Positions 19,009 to 33,300 of a stretch of 39,049 nt of DNA are shown here, one piece after another. The DNA is from Priapulus caudatus. Its lineage: Eukaryota. The stretch lies in assembly GCF_000485595.1 (NCBI RefSeq), contig NW_014577075.1, forward strand, positions 953,021 through 992,069. Direction: 5' to 3'. Both the position numbers and the translations under genes were made by a program. A model generated the notes under the pieces. That model was not told the DNA's origin. It was given only the letters and a program-made list of their open reading frames with translations, and did no database searches. Positions within the stretch are counted from its first letter, which is position 1. Each line of letters opens with the position of its first letter.

Positions 19009-19012
<4 letters not shown>

Positions 19013-19049
<37 letters not shown>
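19013..19049. repeat. (AT)n microsatellite
   Basis: Pure AT run downstream of the PAFAH1B stop. Confidence 0.95.
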
Positions 19050-19053
<4 letters not shown>

Positions 19054-21331
19054 TTCTCAGCTGAAAATGTGTAAAAAAAATTCCCCATAAGTGCAAGTCA
19101 TATTACCTTATTAATATGTAATAGTTTGCTGACATTCTGCATGTAATTAATTCCTATTTAGTATAATATATCTGCTGTATATTGTCGTTAAATGCAGTTT
19201 AATAATTCCATGTCGGTGGCGCAACATTAAATCACGATTCATGCAGTACCACTGTATTTAACTAAGTATTTTCAGCAATTATAGGCAGTGTCAACACAAT
19301 TCGGGCATTTGTGGGCTGACGTCGTGTTCTCTCGCGTGTACAATACTTTGTTATTTAGTAGTTTGTATTTGCCGTCGCCATACACATGGTGTACTGCTGC
19401 CCACCATATTAATGATTTTGCAACGAAATCTATTTATTATCTGTCAGCATCTAAAATTAATGAAAATGCTGGCTTAACATTCATTAGTCCTGAGTTCGAT
19501 GATAATGCTAATACCGAAAGATATATTTTTTGTACATTTTTAGTGATGATTTTAGTTTTAGTGGTAGAAAGGATGATGATCTTCCTCGTCTACCCTCAGA
19601 GTAGTTCATTATAATTAATTCGTGAAGTAATTATCTCTCATGCAGAATGATATTAATTAGTGCTTTGTGATAATTTGTTCCACTGCACGTGGTAAGAGTG
19701 GACAAGCTGTTTGCGTGCTATTATCATGCGTTTGTTTTCGGTTGTAACGTCAGGATTATATTTTTATGAAGAACCAAACCCTTTAGCCTTCACTGTAATT
19801 TAAAATGTGCTTATTTTGCGATGACGTTTTTGTGTATAGTAAGTTTGTTTATGTTGTACGTCTGGAGCATACAATGTTATAGTAAGTATTGTATATGGAT
19901 ATTCGTAAATTATAATCAATGGCTGAAGATATAACTGTTCTAAAATCTAGTATCATGTTCATGTGCTGTAAGCTAAACAGGGAGTTCATTATCATGCCTC
20001 CAACTATATACACGACAGTTATTTATTGCTTGCTGTAATTTTCCCAACCAATTATAAAATGCTGCTGAGTATGAAGATTTCATTTTTTACTTGGTAATTA
20101 TTCAGGCTATACATGCTGGAATTTAGCCACCAAATAAGACATAGGGTGGCCCGTCTTAAACGACAATATAGCACGTAATTACACTATAAATTGACGAAAA
20201 AACTACGAAGTGTTATTTGAACCATAAGGCAAGCACCCCCAAGAATCATCAGTGTATAGCAAAACTGCACGAGTTTTTCAGTCTAATCACAGTAATGTTT
20301 TCACTTCTATTCCTGGTTGTCAATGGACATATAAACCTAGGGGTTGTTCATCTAGTTTTTCTTTTACAATACAATCCATGTAAATCTACATCGACAGACG
20401 GCACACGTTGGTTTGTGGCATCCCCCCTGAATCGGTACTAATAATATTATAGCTACGCATTTTCGCAGAAAAATACTGCATCACAACCAGAACCACGCAT
20501 GATTTTTTGTGTTAATTTCTTGTCCTGCTGCCTATCAACTAAATTGTGATGTAACATAATATTCTACAGAGAGCATCATAGACATGTTTAGAAACAACAA
20601 ATGATTACATTTTATTTTAGAAGTATCACTTTACAACGAGAAAAACAAGGTGTATCTTTGTATGTGCATTAATATTACCATAGGTAACAGTTGTCAAATC
20701 GTATTGACATCTTAAACCTAATCTTAATTCACCATACACTTACAGTGGAATAACACTTATAGAATTAACATACGGGTACTGCACCTAACCTGCAAAACCA
20801 TACTTACACTCAGTTCAGCATAGGAATACATGCTTCTTTTCATAATTATGAACATTCTGTGAGCAATATCAATGCATGAAAAATGCAATAGAAAGTTATT
20901 CAGATATGACAGCTGGCATCAATCTATCAGCACATCACTGTAAAGGTTGCTGTACATGATCGTACAAGTATATATGACGTTTAGCAGCGCGTGTAGCACC
21001 TCAACAACAGCCTTCCTCAACAACAATTGCTGATAGCAGTATAACCCCACAAGTCCTCATACAATACCAATTATACCAGACTCGGAAAGGAACCACCGAA
21101 TAAAATTTTCTCCAGGTAGATATATTTTATTGGTTATGCACTATGTGCATGCAACTGATCATTGGTGCCATCAAGTTCTACACTGAATACATTCCAATTA
21201 AACACATTGAGTAGGTATATGGAGCTAGCAAACAGCTGGGGCTATCACACACATATAACTGTAACGTTCATTGTACACACACACACTACTATGGTTTCTT
21301 ACTAGAGTAAAAGAAAGCTGCCAAATAATAG

Positions 21332-24300
21332 TTACGCTTTCCGGATTTTTCTCTTGCTCGGTGGCTGCATTGTCGTGGGCTCTGCTGTGGGCTGGAAAAT
21401 GACTTCACTAGAGGTAGCTGCTGGGTTCATGAGACCTCTGGCAGATGTTCCAAGCTGTGAAAATGCTGGTAACAGCTGCAATTAAGAGTATTGCAACAAT
21501 AAATGCAAAATCATAGAAAATAAAAACAAATGGTAAAACTGAATTGAGAACAGATATTTTTGTGTGTTTTTAGACAATAATCATTGATGTATTGTCAGCA
21601 TATATAATCACCAGCATACCTTTGTGTAATTAAAGCCAACAACACACAGCATTATTGTCACTAACAAGGCCATGTAGTTTCCATGTGCTGCCACATCTTG
21701 TTCCACTTTCTTCGGCTATAACCAAATTGAAAACCTTCATGTAAGCAGATATAGAGAACCAACGAAACGACTTAAGTAAGAGAATCAATATAATCGTTTA
21801 TTAATCACTATGTATACACTGTCATTAGTAAACAACAAGAGATTATTTCAATTTCACAGGTGCACTACAAACATCAAGACTTGAGCTTCCTCCTGATATG
21901 GTGACTGTATTTTCACACATTTATGATGACTATTTTCCATACCTTAGGATTGAATGGTAAAGCAATGTGTGCAAGGGCTTCACTGGCCGTGAAGGTCTCT
22001 TCAGGTAGCTGATACTCGTTCATATTCTTTGCCAAGTCACTCACGAGCCGCACTGTATACACCTGAAAAGATACATGCCTCACAAAATCAGATCATGATG
22101 CGACACCTTAGTGGTTTCAACCTTTGACAAAACTGCAGCATCATGAAAGACAGTAGCTAACAAGGGGAGAAGGAAGCTTAATAATACTGCGATCGGCTAC
22201 GGTAGCTCGCACCACAAGTCTGCACAGGGGTATTAGTGAATTCCACTGTGTTAGGGTGTGGTGAGTCATTCTGTCATGCCGTATATTGCAATATCACTGC
22301 AGCTACAGCCAGGATATGACTTACTGTATTGTCTATAGGCAGTGTGGGTAGATAGATGAAATTTGTCGATACCAACTGTGTGCTATAAACTGGGTTGTCA
22401 GGATCTGAATCCTTGTACAGCTTCACCTAAACAAGAAAACATGTTTTGTCATTATTATACATTTACTATCCGCTAGTAGACAATTTCATTTTGAGATGAA
22501 TCCAAAATTACCAATGTGTTAGTTTCAACAACTGCTTTGTTGTCTTTATCAAACTTCATAGTCAATTGCTTGAACTCGTCAGAGATGAGAACTGTGTAGG
22601 GACGTTAGCAGACATTTCTGCGACCTTTTGGATGACTATCAAACAAAACTGAGATGCAATCGATTCCAACAGCAGACCTTAAGACCTTGCCAGTACTCCT
22701 GGGCAGCAATGACGTGCACTGTCACATCCATTTGGGTAAGGGGTCGGAACACAATCAGGTTAACATCATGTAGATCAGTCTTGACTGCACGCACTTCGCG
22801 GAATGCTGGAGTTGACCGATGAATATGCGTGTTCACATTTTCACCAGACTTGATACGCAAGTGGTAGATGCATTGTGGCTGCGAAACAAAAGTTTATGTG
22901 CTAAGCCAACAGACTAAACAGCTGTGATACTGCACAAGGGCAAAAACTAACTAAAGCCATCATGGTAACTGATAACATATTTCTCTTCTGTTACTGATAA
23001 TTTTAACTAAATTTAAATTGCTCTGCATTTGGTTTTATATCTTACATTATTTCTATAATGATCCATTGGACAGAACTGTAGCATATAGATCTTGATATAG
23101 ATATCAATAATAAAGGGGAAATTAATGAGGAGAATAAAACATACTAGCAGTCTGAATACTTAAGAGGATTGCTAAGAACCTTTACAATTATTTTAATTAG
23201 GCGAGTATAGCTGGAAATACTTTAGATACCCTTCTAATTTAGTTGGGTACAGACATTTTTGTCCGTTTGCCGCCGCTTACCATAAGGCCTCTAATCCTGT
23301 AACCTCCGTTGGCCTCACTTGTGCATTCCTCTTGGTACTGCTTACAGTCACCTGTACCAACAGCTTCTACGAAAATGTTTGCTTCCGCCTCTCCACTTAG
23401 AGACAAGACATATCCATAGCAACTGAAAACAAAACGGCTCTCGTTTTATACAACTATGGTATGTTTTTTTAAAGTATTACTTGATTGCAGTTAGTTCTGT
23501 AATTCTATTGTATAATCTAATAGACTATCAAAACCATATTTGATAGAACCACTCTAATATATAAAACCTAAAGTAAGGATTTCTTCTACAGTGTTTTTAG
23601 TGCAAGATGTACCTGACATCGTTACAGCATTGCACCAGATTGCAAAATACGTAACCATCACTCACAATTTTGCAGAAATCAAATTCATAATTGTAGGTAA
23701 AAAATGACACGACATGCTAAATTTATAATAATGTGCTGAACAGACCTAAAAGCAATTCGCACGGCTAGAACTTTCAAGTCGACATTTGACCCTTCTGCAA
23801 CTTCTATCATTTGGGACGGTGGTTCAAAACTGTATTCTTTCATAACAGGCCTGAGGAAGTACTGGCCTGGGGAGAGTCCACTAAACAGCAATGTCCCATT
23901 CCTAAAACATAGACAAAATAGATGATATTCTTCCTATAGTATACTTGTTAACTGTTAAATATGCTTTCTTGTGCGCTATATTATTGTAGATAAAAATATA
24001 CACGGAATGTTCTACAAATTATAAACGTCGTTTGTTACGTCCAATTAATCTGGTGACAATATATGTAAGTACTAATAAAGTAAGATCTAAATAAAAAATA
24101 AAAATGATCAGACAAAATAAAAATTGTGATAAATAGCAGATAAATATACATTACACAAATTGTACAGGTGTAAATTTCCCAATGCCACAGGCCTAAACCT
24201 AAGCATATGTTGGGCAAGTGGCTGGAAGTAACTCAACTATCTGCAACTGGTTTTACAGAGTGCTATGTCAAAACTTTACCAGCGACAAGGAAATAAATGA

Positions 24301-27300
24301 AATTGTGTTCAATTGAACGACATAAAAATGAAATACTAACAATAATCTACTAACAGTGACAACCAGCTAATTGCACACATAGATAGCTCAATCACAGAAT
24401 ATGTTCTACTATTTAACCTGGGATATTTTTTATTTTCCAAGGCCACAGGTCAAAAAACTGGCATCCTATTTTGTGCTCATAGTTGCTTCTGCATTCTCCC
24501 AGATGCCAAAAACCCAATTGTTCACAGTTGCATTTAATCGCACACCTAACATACGCTAGGCTTTATGTTAAAATTTGCTAAATAGTTCTTACTCCATTGT
24601 GACTCGGTTGCTCCTGAATTTCCCACCACTGAGTGACAGCAGCACTCCCTGTAGAGGGACATTGGATTCGTCTACTACCTTGATAACGATCTGTGCCAAC
24701 TTGAAGGCTTTGAAGTTACCAGAGTTATTCTCTATTTCTGTGATGATATAACCAGGCTTGTGGGCTTGTATGATATATGCTGCATCCTTATGAAGTGGTC
24801 CCACCCTATGCAACAAACAATGGAATTCCACACTTGACTTTATCTACCAACAATAACAAAAAACAAGTGCCGCAGAGCGACAGCGCTCACCTGATGGCAG
24901 GTGTTCTGATGCTAAACTCACTGGCAAACGAATGAAGAGCACCCTCCCATCACCGCGTTCGCGCTCAGAGCATATATCTAGGATACTACTAATACAGATC
25001 TAAAATCTATGATAGCTAGGCATTGCTATACCGGTAGTACAGTAATAAATATACAGCTGTGTAACTTTAATGACTTCGCTATATTAACATGTTATCATGG
25101 ATATGCGTCGAGCGCGAGCGTAGTGGTGGTGGTGGGGAAAGAGTGGGGGGAGGGGGCGGGTGGAGGGGGCTCTAATAGCAAAAGCAGTTGCCGCGAGATG
25201 GCGCGTGTAAGTGTCATCAATAATCAAAGATGGCATCACCCTTCGTGCGTGATAACCTCACTCCATTGAGTTGCTGAAATCCAAGTATATTCAGGCAGGC
25301 GAGAATTTCGCTCAGCTGTGAGTTAACACATCTGCATTGCAGGTTGCCAGGCAATAATTATGATTAGAATAGTGCCAGTTCACCCCCATGCATGCGTAAT
25401 GGGCTTCCCCCATGTTTTTGCCTACCCACGCGAGCATTCAGGGTTCATTACAGTGTGCTAATACAGGGTGCTACTCAGGGTGCTAATACAGACTGCTTTA
25501 GAAAATAATATGATTTAAGGAGCGTAAACCTTGTTCAGCAAACATTTGCCTTTGCAATTGAACTGTGCAACTGTAGCCTCACATCCACAATAGCAAAAGC
25601 AGTTCAGTCCTTTGTTAACAGTCAACAAATCCATGTTTAACCCTCCTCTTGAGGGTCAAAAAGTTATCCGACACTTACTCTTCGCATGTCAGCAGAAAGT
25701 ACATTTCATGGTCCTTTCAATAAAGCCATAAAAATGCTAGGTCACCGCTGAAACAAAAAAGTTTTTCAATCGCTTCGTCAGACCATGTCCTCAGAAAATG
25801 TCTAAAATCTGCCCTGTGCCACATTGACCTTTGACCTCCAGCTTCGGCATCCCAACTCGTTTTCAGATTACCCCCACCCCCACGTCCCGAATATCGTGCC
25901 CGTACATCGAGCCGTTTAGATTTGTGCCCAACTGTTGACGGACGCACGCACGCACGGACGCATGGACGGACGCACGCTCATGCGATTCTACAAGCTGCAT
26001 CTGACTATGTCAGATGAGCTAAAAACTATTAAGACAGCTATGTAAGGATTTGATACTAAAGAATGGTTATTAATTAAAGGGTTGTTTTTAATCCTTTAAT
26101 GGTTATTAATTAAATCCTTTATTCTAGGTTCTAGGGTTATTTTCAGTTAATTTTGGTTAAAATTACGCTACATAAAAAGTTTCATGGTTCAATCACCATT
26201 ATGGCCCTGTCACACCTTGACGATTTAGCCAGCGTATGCCGACGTATCAAAATTTCTCTAAAACGCTGGCGTACGTCGAATAAGTTATGGGTAAGTTTTG
26301 TATAAGTTAAGAGCACGCTGAAGCACACTGAAGCACGCTGGTATACGTCGTAGTACGGCGAAGTCGTCAAAAAAATTTGTGCATACAATTTTCGACGTAT
26401 GCCAGCATATGGCTCATACGTCCCGCATACGCGGGCCATAAGTTGTAGGTAAGTTATGCGATCGTTGACACACGTTCACACACGTTACTTGTAATTTACT
26501 CATAAGTCGAAATACGTCGAGATAATGTCTAGCGTACCCAAAACTTATTTCTAACCTATGAGTAACGTGCTTTGAACCTGTGAGTAACTTATATCGAACT
26601 TATCTCCAACGCATATTGACGTATGTAGACGCATTTGACGTGTTCCGGACGACCACAGAACTTACTGAACGTGTTTCTAACTTACAGCTACCGTATAATG
26701 GCATATTGGCAGCGTTTAGGGGAATTGGTATGTATAAAAATGGGGTTCACAGGAGGAACCCGTCAGTACTCCTCAAGACTCCATGGTGAGCAGATGTCCA
26801 TGTCATCCGAGAGATGGAGGATCCGGCAAGGCTGAGACGAGAATACCTACTAGCTGTTCTCCAACATCAGCATGACCTCATCGATTTGACACTGTACCAG
26901 TTGCGTGCCAATAGAGCCAGGAGAAGAAGAGGAGAAGAAGAGGTCGAACACGTGATCGTCGGCGATACGCTGCCGCGCGCTATGACTAATCGTTATGATT
27001 TATCGCTAGGACTAAGTTAGACTATCGTTGGGCATAAGTTGTGAACGCCGGCAACACGCTAAGCATTCGTTGGTATAAGTTATCTATAAGTTATCGAAAC
27101 GTTCTATATACGTTAAGTATACGTCCAACTCGTTATGAATACGCTATGTATACGTCCAACTCGTTATGAATACGCTATGTATACGCCCAAAATTGGAAAA
27201 AACATCGATAGTTCAGCGTATGCCAGCGTGTGACAGGGCCATTCGAAAAAACTTTTTTTTAATGTTTTAAAACTAACGACTACAGTTTGATTACAACGAC

Positions 27301-30300
27301 GGTGGCGCCACTCAAAGCACATGATCTGAAAAGTTGTGCAAAACGTCTTTTCAGCCAAGGGCTACAGACCGAGGGTGTTTCTTATTTATTAATTTAAAAG
27401 CAAAAGGATTGTAATATCTTATAAACGACATATAGTTTCAGTTATATTATGGATAAATTTGTCCTAAAATAAACATCGTTCGGTTAAATAGCATTTAGGT
27501 ATAAATATAATTGCACCTTTGTGATTAGTCCTCAGTCTGTAACGTGCAAAATATATTGGGAAATGCGCAACTTTTCCAGGGTGGCGGCACGGTAGCGGGT
27601 GTCAATGCGCCGTTCAAATTTCGTAGCGTTGATGAATAATTAATTATAACAATTAAATTAGGTATCTGGTAACAAGTACGTGTGGGTATAGACGATTTGT
27701 TATACAGTAAGTACAGTTGTTCCCTTTAATAAATAAAAGATACTTCAGAAACAAGAACATGCTGTTATGCTATATTACTTTGTATATATAAATTGTGACC
27801 TAATACTATCTAATATCATGTTACCAATATCACTACATAAAATATAATACACATAAATGTTGTGATACTATCACGGCATAAGCACTGGCAAATATTTTGG
27901 TTTCTCTGAACACATCTTACCTGTATTTTCCTTTGGTATCTGTATCGATGGTAACTTTAAGGTTCGGGTCTTCATTTGACGTCACCGTCACCGCAACCCC
28001 AGCAAGTGCTGGGGTCACGAAGCCATCCAGAAATATGCCTAGTTCTGCTCTAAACTTAACACTATTTTGCAAGCATTCTGAATGAATGACTGCATGTTGG
28101 CTGGGAGGGTAGAAGAGCAGTTGGCCATGCGTGGGTGTGAATGTGACTTCCTCACCATTTCTGCGCAAAGAAACAATGATGACTATGATTGCAGCACACG
28201 ATAAAAAGATGCAACCAAAAAGATTACCATGCATTCTAAGCTCATCATTCATAGAATAATTCTTAAACCCATAAAAAAACATTCCCACCTCATTCCTGAT
28301 TAACGAAATTTGCCCCACCCCATTTTACACAAACTTTCTTAGGCTATGGCCCCGAAGGCCAGAGTTCATTTTCCTTCAGTGTCAGTAACATTTTTGTTTT
28401 CTGCACCTCGTATAAATGACATACAGTACATTTTTTGTAACACACTGAAATTTCTTCAAATTATTTTAATGGCTTCAATGTAATAATAATTGCAACAATT
28501 AAATAAAAAAAGAAATTGAATACTTATTACTGATACAGAAATTTCAAAAACCGATGCATTATAATTAAGCAAATTAATTGTTGAACTGTAAAACACTGCT
28601 GTGATTTTTTATTGTTGTTGTTATTGTTTTGTGCTAATGATGTTCTATCGATAGCACTTGTTGCTACTCACACTATTCTTAATGCAAGACTGCATAAATC
28701 CTTAAAAAGTATCAATGAAAACTACTCTAAAAACACATGTAAAATAATGTAAATTGGGAGTTACCTATAATTTCACAACCTTATAACACACACACGGTGA
28801 AATAAATAGGTTCAGGAGTAGATAATAGGGAGGAGTGTGACATCAATAAACAAGGGAAATTCGTCATTTACTAGCCTTATAATACCTACGATTTACTACA
28901 CGTAACTCATCCAACTTGAGCTCAAATCGGACACAGTACATTCGCCAATCATCGTGCGAAATCGTTTCCTCGTAGACACCCGCAATCCGGAGATATAGCC
29001 TAAAACGTACGACACGATTCTCCAATCTCTGGCCATCAATCCAACGCCATTGGGCGCCTATAATTCAGACAAAAGGCAGCAACACTGCCGCGCAGTCGCT
29101 GTGTTTGCTCTCTCGGATAGCTGAATGTGGCGTTGTGGCTCGCAGGGAGATTGGAGATCGACGCAACACTCGACGAGCTAATCATGCGGTTGGCGTGCGT
29201 GCGTGAAGGCATGCCAGCTATGTACAAAGGTGGCCTGTGTAGCTGTATACCGGGTCAAAGGTTATCTCGCCGAGTGTTCATGCCTAATCTCCCAGCGAGC
29301 CACATGCCTCGCTCAGTTAGCAATAGCGCGTTAGGTAGCTGCCTTTTGTTTGAATTATAGGCGCGCAATGGCGTTGGATTGATGGCCAGAGAATGGAGAA
29401 TCGTGTCGTACGTTTTAGGCTGTATCTCCGGATTGCGGGTGTCTACGAGGAAACGATTTCGCACGATGATTGGCGAATGTACTGTGTCCGATTTGAGCTC
29501 AAGTTGGATGAGTTACGTGTAGTAAATCGTAGGTATTATAAGGCTAGTAAATGACGAATTTCCCTTGTTTATTGATGTCACACTCCTCCCTATTATCTAC
29601 TCCTGATAGGTTGCATGCACGATGGCAGCAACGTAGCTGCTAAAAACGTCGGCCCAAGGATAGAGAACATGGGTCCCAATAAAACCAATGTGCCTAACCC
29701 TAACCCTAATTCTAACCCTGGCCCTAACGGCCCAAGGATAGAGAACATGGGTCCCAATAAAACCAATGTGCCTAACCCTAACCCTAACCCTAACCTAAAC
29801 CCTAATCCTAACCCTAACCCTAACCATAACCATAACCATAACCAATTATATTGATATAATATCATATTTATATTGATGTAAATGACATTAGTTTTATTGG
29901 GACCCATGTTCTCTATCCTTGAACCAAAACGGCCACTCATATACGCAAATAGTAGGTTCTATGTAGGTACCTAAACACATTTATGTATAGATTATGGGAT
30001 ACTGACCCTGATAGTAGCACTGCATTGCACATGCTCAATCCTACCTGCCCATGTAGGAGAAGTGGAACTCTCCTGAACCTTTCCTCGGCGCTTTAAGATG
30101 AGGCGCTGAGGAGCTAAGTGTTGTCCGAACGTTCACTTGTATCGATGTCGTGTTGTAATCAGTATTGATGAATCCCGACACCAGGTGGCGCACAGCATTC
30201 AGCACAATGATGCTGGGTGCTGTTGTGTCAAACTTGTAGGAAGCCTGCTCAAACTCGTGACAGGAACTAGGCAGCAGAGTGTAGATGCCTAAATAAGAAA

Positions 30301-33300
30301 GCCTAGTTAAAACACCTACACTGTCATGTCACTGTCACTGTCATTGTCAAAGCTTCTAAAACCACTCTTAGACGAATTATTGTTTAATAAACATGCCAAC
30401 TACACAACAAATTTTGTGCACATGGTATATTCATAGACATGCACTATATATATCATACATATGTCAGTAAGATAACAATCGAGTAAGGTAAAGGAATGAA
30501 CAGCAGGCAAGGCATTATAGAGTAATTCAACCCCTATGCTTGCTAGCTTACCTGGCTGTGGTAAACAGAATTTGTTGATACCCTTAACCACATTGATCGT
30601 TTCACCAGATTTCCCTGCTTGGCTATAGCCCTGTCAAGAAAACATGCAAATGCCAATTCAAAAATTGGTGTAACAAATTATAATGAAGTTTTGGATTATT
30701 TGCATTGGGCTTTCCAAAGATCATGTAAGCATCATCTAGGCAGCTTGATATTTGAGCACATATTCCAGAAAATTTCATAGTAAGAGATTATTGCAAGAGG
30801 CAGAACTATTCAAATTGTGTTATGATGGCTATCTACACAGTAACTATATATCGTCCATGATATATAATCACTAAAAATGTTTACCATGATTATACAGATC
30901 CATGCTTTTAATAGTAACATCATTTGAAAGAATGAGAGAGGAGGAGAAGAAGTTGAGAGAAAAAGAGAAGTGGTGAGGGTCAGGGGTGAGGGAAGCAAGA
31001 GGAAGATGGTGAAAGAGTAACTTACCAGTTGCAGAGGATGAGATGATGTACAAGATATGATATAGCCGGTATGCTGAAACTTGACGTCAATGACGTCTTT
31101 GTCGAGCACTTCCACATCAATACGTTTTTTCTTCCAGCACCAGTTGTCATGTAGCAACACCACTACACACAAGGCAATGAGTCATAGTTTGAATACCTGC
31201 TGGTTGCGCGTGGTTGGTGAGATCCCACTCCCAATAACTAAACAGTGACATATTCATTTGAGCACTTACTAATCCATATAGGTGCATGCATTGATAAGAT
31301 GCAATACAGAAGACAAATGTCAACACACTTCACATTTACGATTGATGATAATAGTACCAAATGAGATGTCCTCCTTACCTGTGTACTTTCCTGGCAAGAC
31401 ATCATCAAACTTAAAATCTGTTCTGCTGCCACCAACATCAAGTGCAGCAATGGGTTCCTCATCTACCTTACCCTGTTGCACTATTGACACTTGCATTGGC
31501 TGGCACTTTTCTGTAGAAGGAAGCAACTGTTACTATGGTTAACACCTTCATTTTGGTATACTCACCAAATCTATTTATGGTTAAAATATCACACGTCATG
31601 TATTGAGCACGCAAGACAGGGATGAAGCAAGTGAATGGCAGCATTGCATGCCATCTCCTTAGTTAACATCATCAGCTAGCATTCACTCTACACGGAACCT
31701 ACCCATGCAGTGCAGGCTTCCAGACACAGTAGCCTTGAACTGATGGAAGTCAATATCAAGTATGGGAGCATCGATCACGCTCAGTGAATGTTCCGTTGGG
31801 GTCAGTGAAAGCCCTGCCTTTAACTCATCGCTTGTGATCGCAACCTGTAACCATAGTAACCACACCAGCTAATTCAGTTGTACTCTTCTACAGAATCTTG
31901 AGTTTGTTATCAATTATAGTTTCAGTATCAAGTAGTGATTTCCTATAGAAGCCACAGACACAAAATTTAAAATGATTGCTAATCGAGAAACTTCAGTTCA
32001 GACAATCTATCAAAAGTTTCAGACAATACCTTCAACGTGTATTTTCCTGGTGGTAACTGTGTGCAGAATTTTCCACCTGCATCCGTTGTTATCGATACCA
32101 TGTCGCTTTTAATATCTACATGGGTAAGGATGAGTTTTCTCCTTGGAACAGCAGGCAAACCCTCTGGCAATGCTGTTATTGCCACAGTGCCACATACACT
32201 GAAGCTAGAGGAAAATGAGAAAATTACACTCAGCACTGCTTAAACCATCTAACACGTTATTTGATGAAGTAATGATAACAAAATTTAAGGTGTAAATATC
32301 TTCAAAGGAATCCATGCATCTATAATTAATCCAGTTAAGAGACCACATTACAATAATTTACACACTCATACATTGGTTAGCAGCTAGCTTGGGATAGCAT
32401 AAAATGCTTGACATACCCCAATAGAATAAGCAGGCTCATAGAGGTGGCAAATAATGTAGTTACTACAGAACCGATTCACTATGTATATGTAGTCCAATAT
32501 TGTTCTAAAGCTTACTTTGCAGCAACGACGTCAGGTAGCCTTGGAGTGTTTGGCGTGATTCTAACTGTGACTGGCTTAAACAATATATGCTGCTTTGTAA
32601 CCTGCAGAAAAACAGGGTCAATAAGATGACACAATTCTGATTATAACATCATCGTCCGATCAAACTAATAGCAAATAAAATGCCAACCAGAGAAGTCGAT
32701 TAATATCTGCCGTAAAACTACTATATGAAAGCTTGTGAGTGTGGCTTTCCACTCCCAAATAGGAATTTCAATAGTAATAAACCTAATGAGTATTGAGAAT
32801 AAAGTGATTAATGAATTATTTATTGTACCGCAAATGTGTAGGTTCCAGTTCTCATGCTGTCAAGATGATAGATGCCATCTTTGTTCGTCAAAGCTTGCTG
32901 CTTGCCATTGATGGAAATTGCTGCACCTTCTACACCAGGACCCTATATATGAGACAGTGTAAACAATTGGTAACAAGCGCATGTAACATGTTCATCTTCT
33001 AACATCATCGTTACAACTAGCAAATCACGATAAATTTTCAATTTCAGTACTCTTGTCTCCGCTTTACATTTTCACTCTGTACATCTCTGTTACAACTTTG
33101 ATGTGATACTGTGTGTTGATTGCTATATTTTATTAACAATGAAAACTTACCGATTTTGATGCTACAACCTTCCCACTAACAGAGAACCCTTGAACTTGAA
33201 AGATATCCTGCAAATGTCAATTCAGAGGCAAGATTCAAATTAATTTCTAATAATAATGTAAGATTACAGGTAGCAATGGTACCCTAATTTTATAACCATA

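Noticed and set aside
27390..27730. Possible Kolobok-like end (GTTCCCTTTAA)
   Set aside because: No convincing partner TIR was found.
29593..29940. ORFs with poly-LG or poly-NP
   Set aside because: These are translations of the CCCTAA tract within a MITE.
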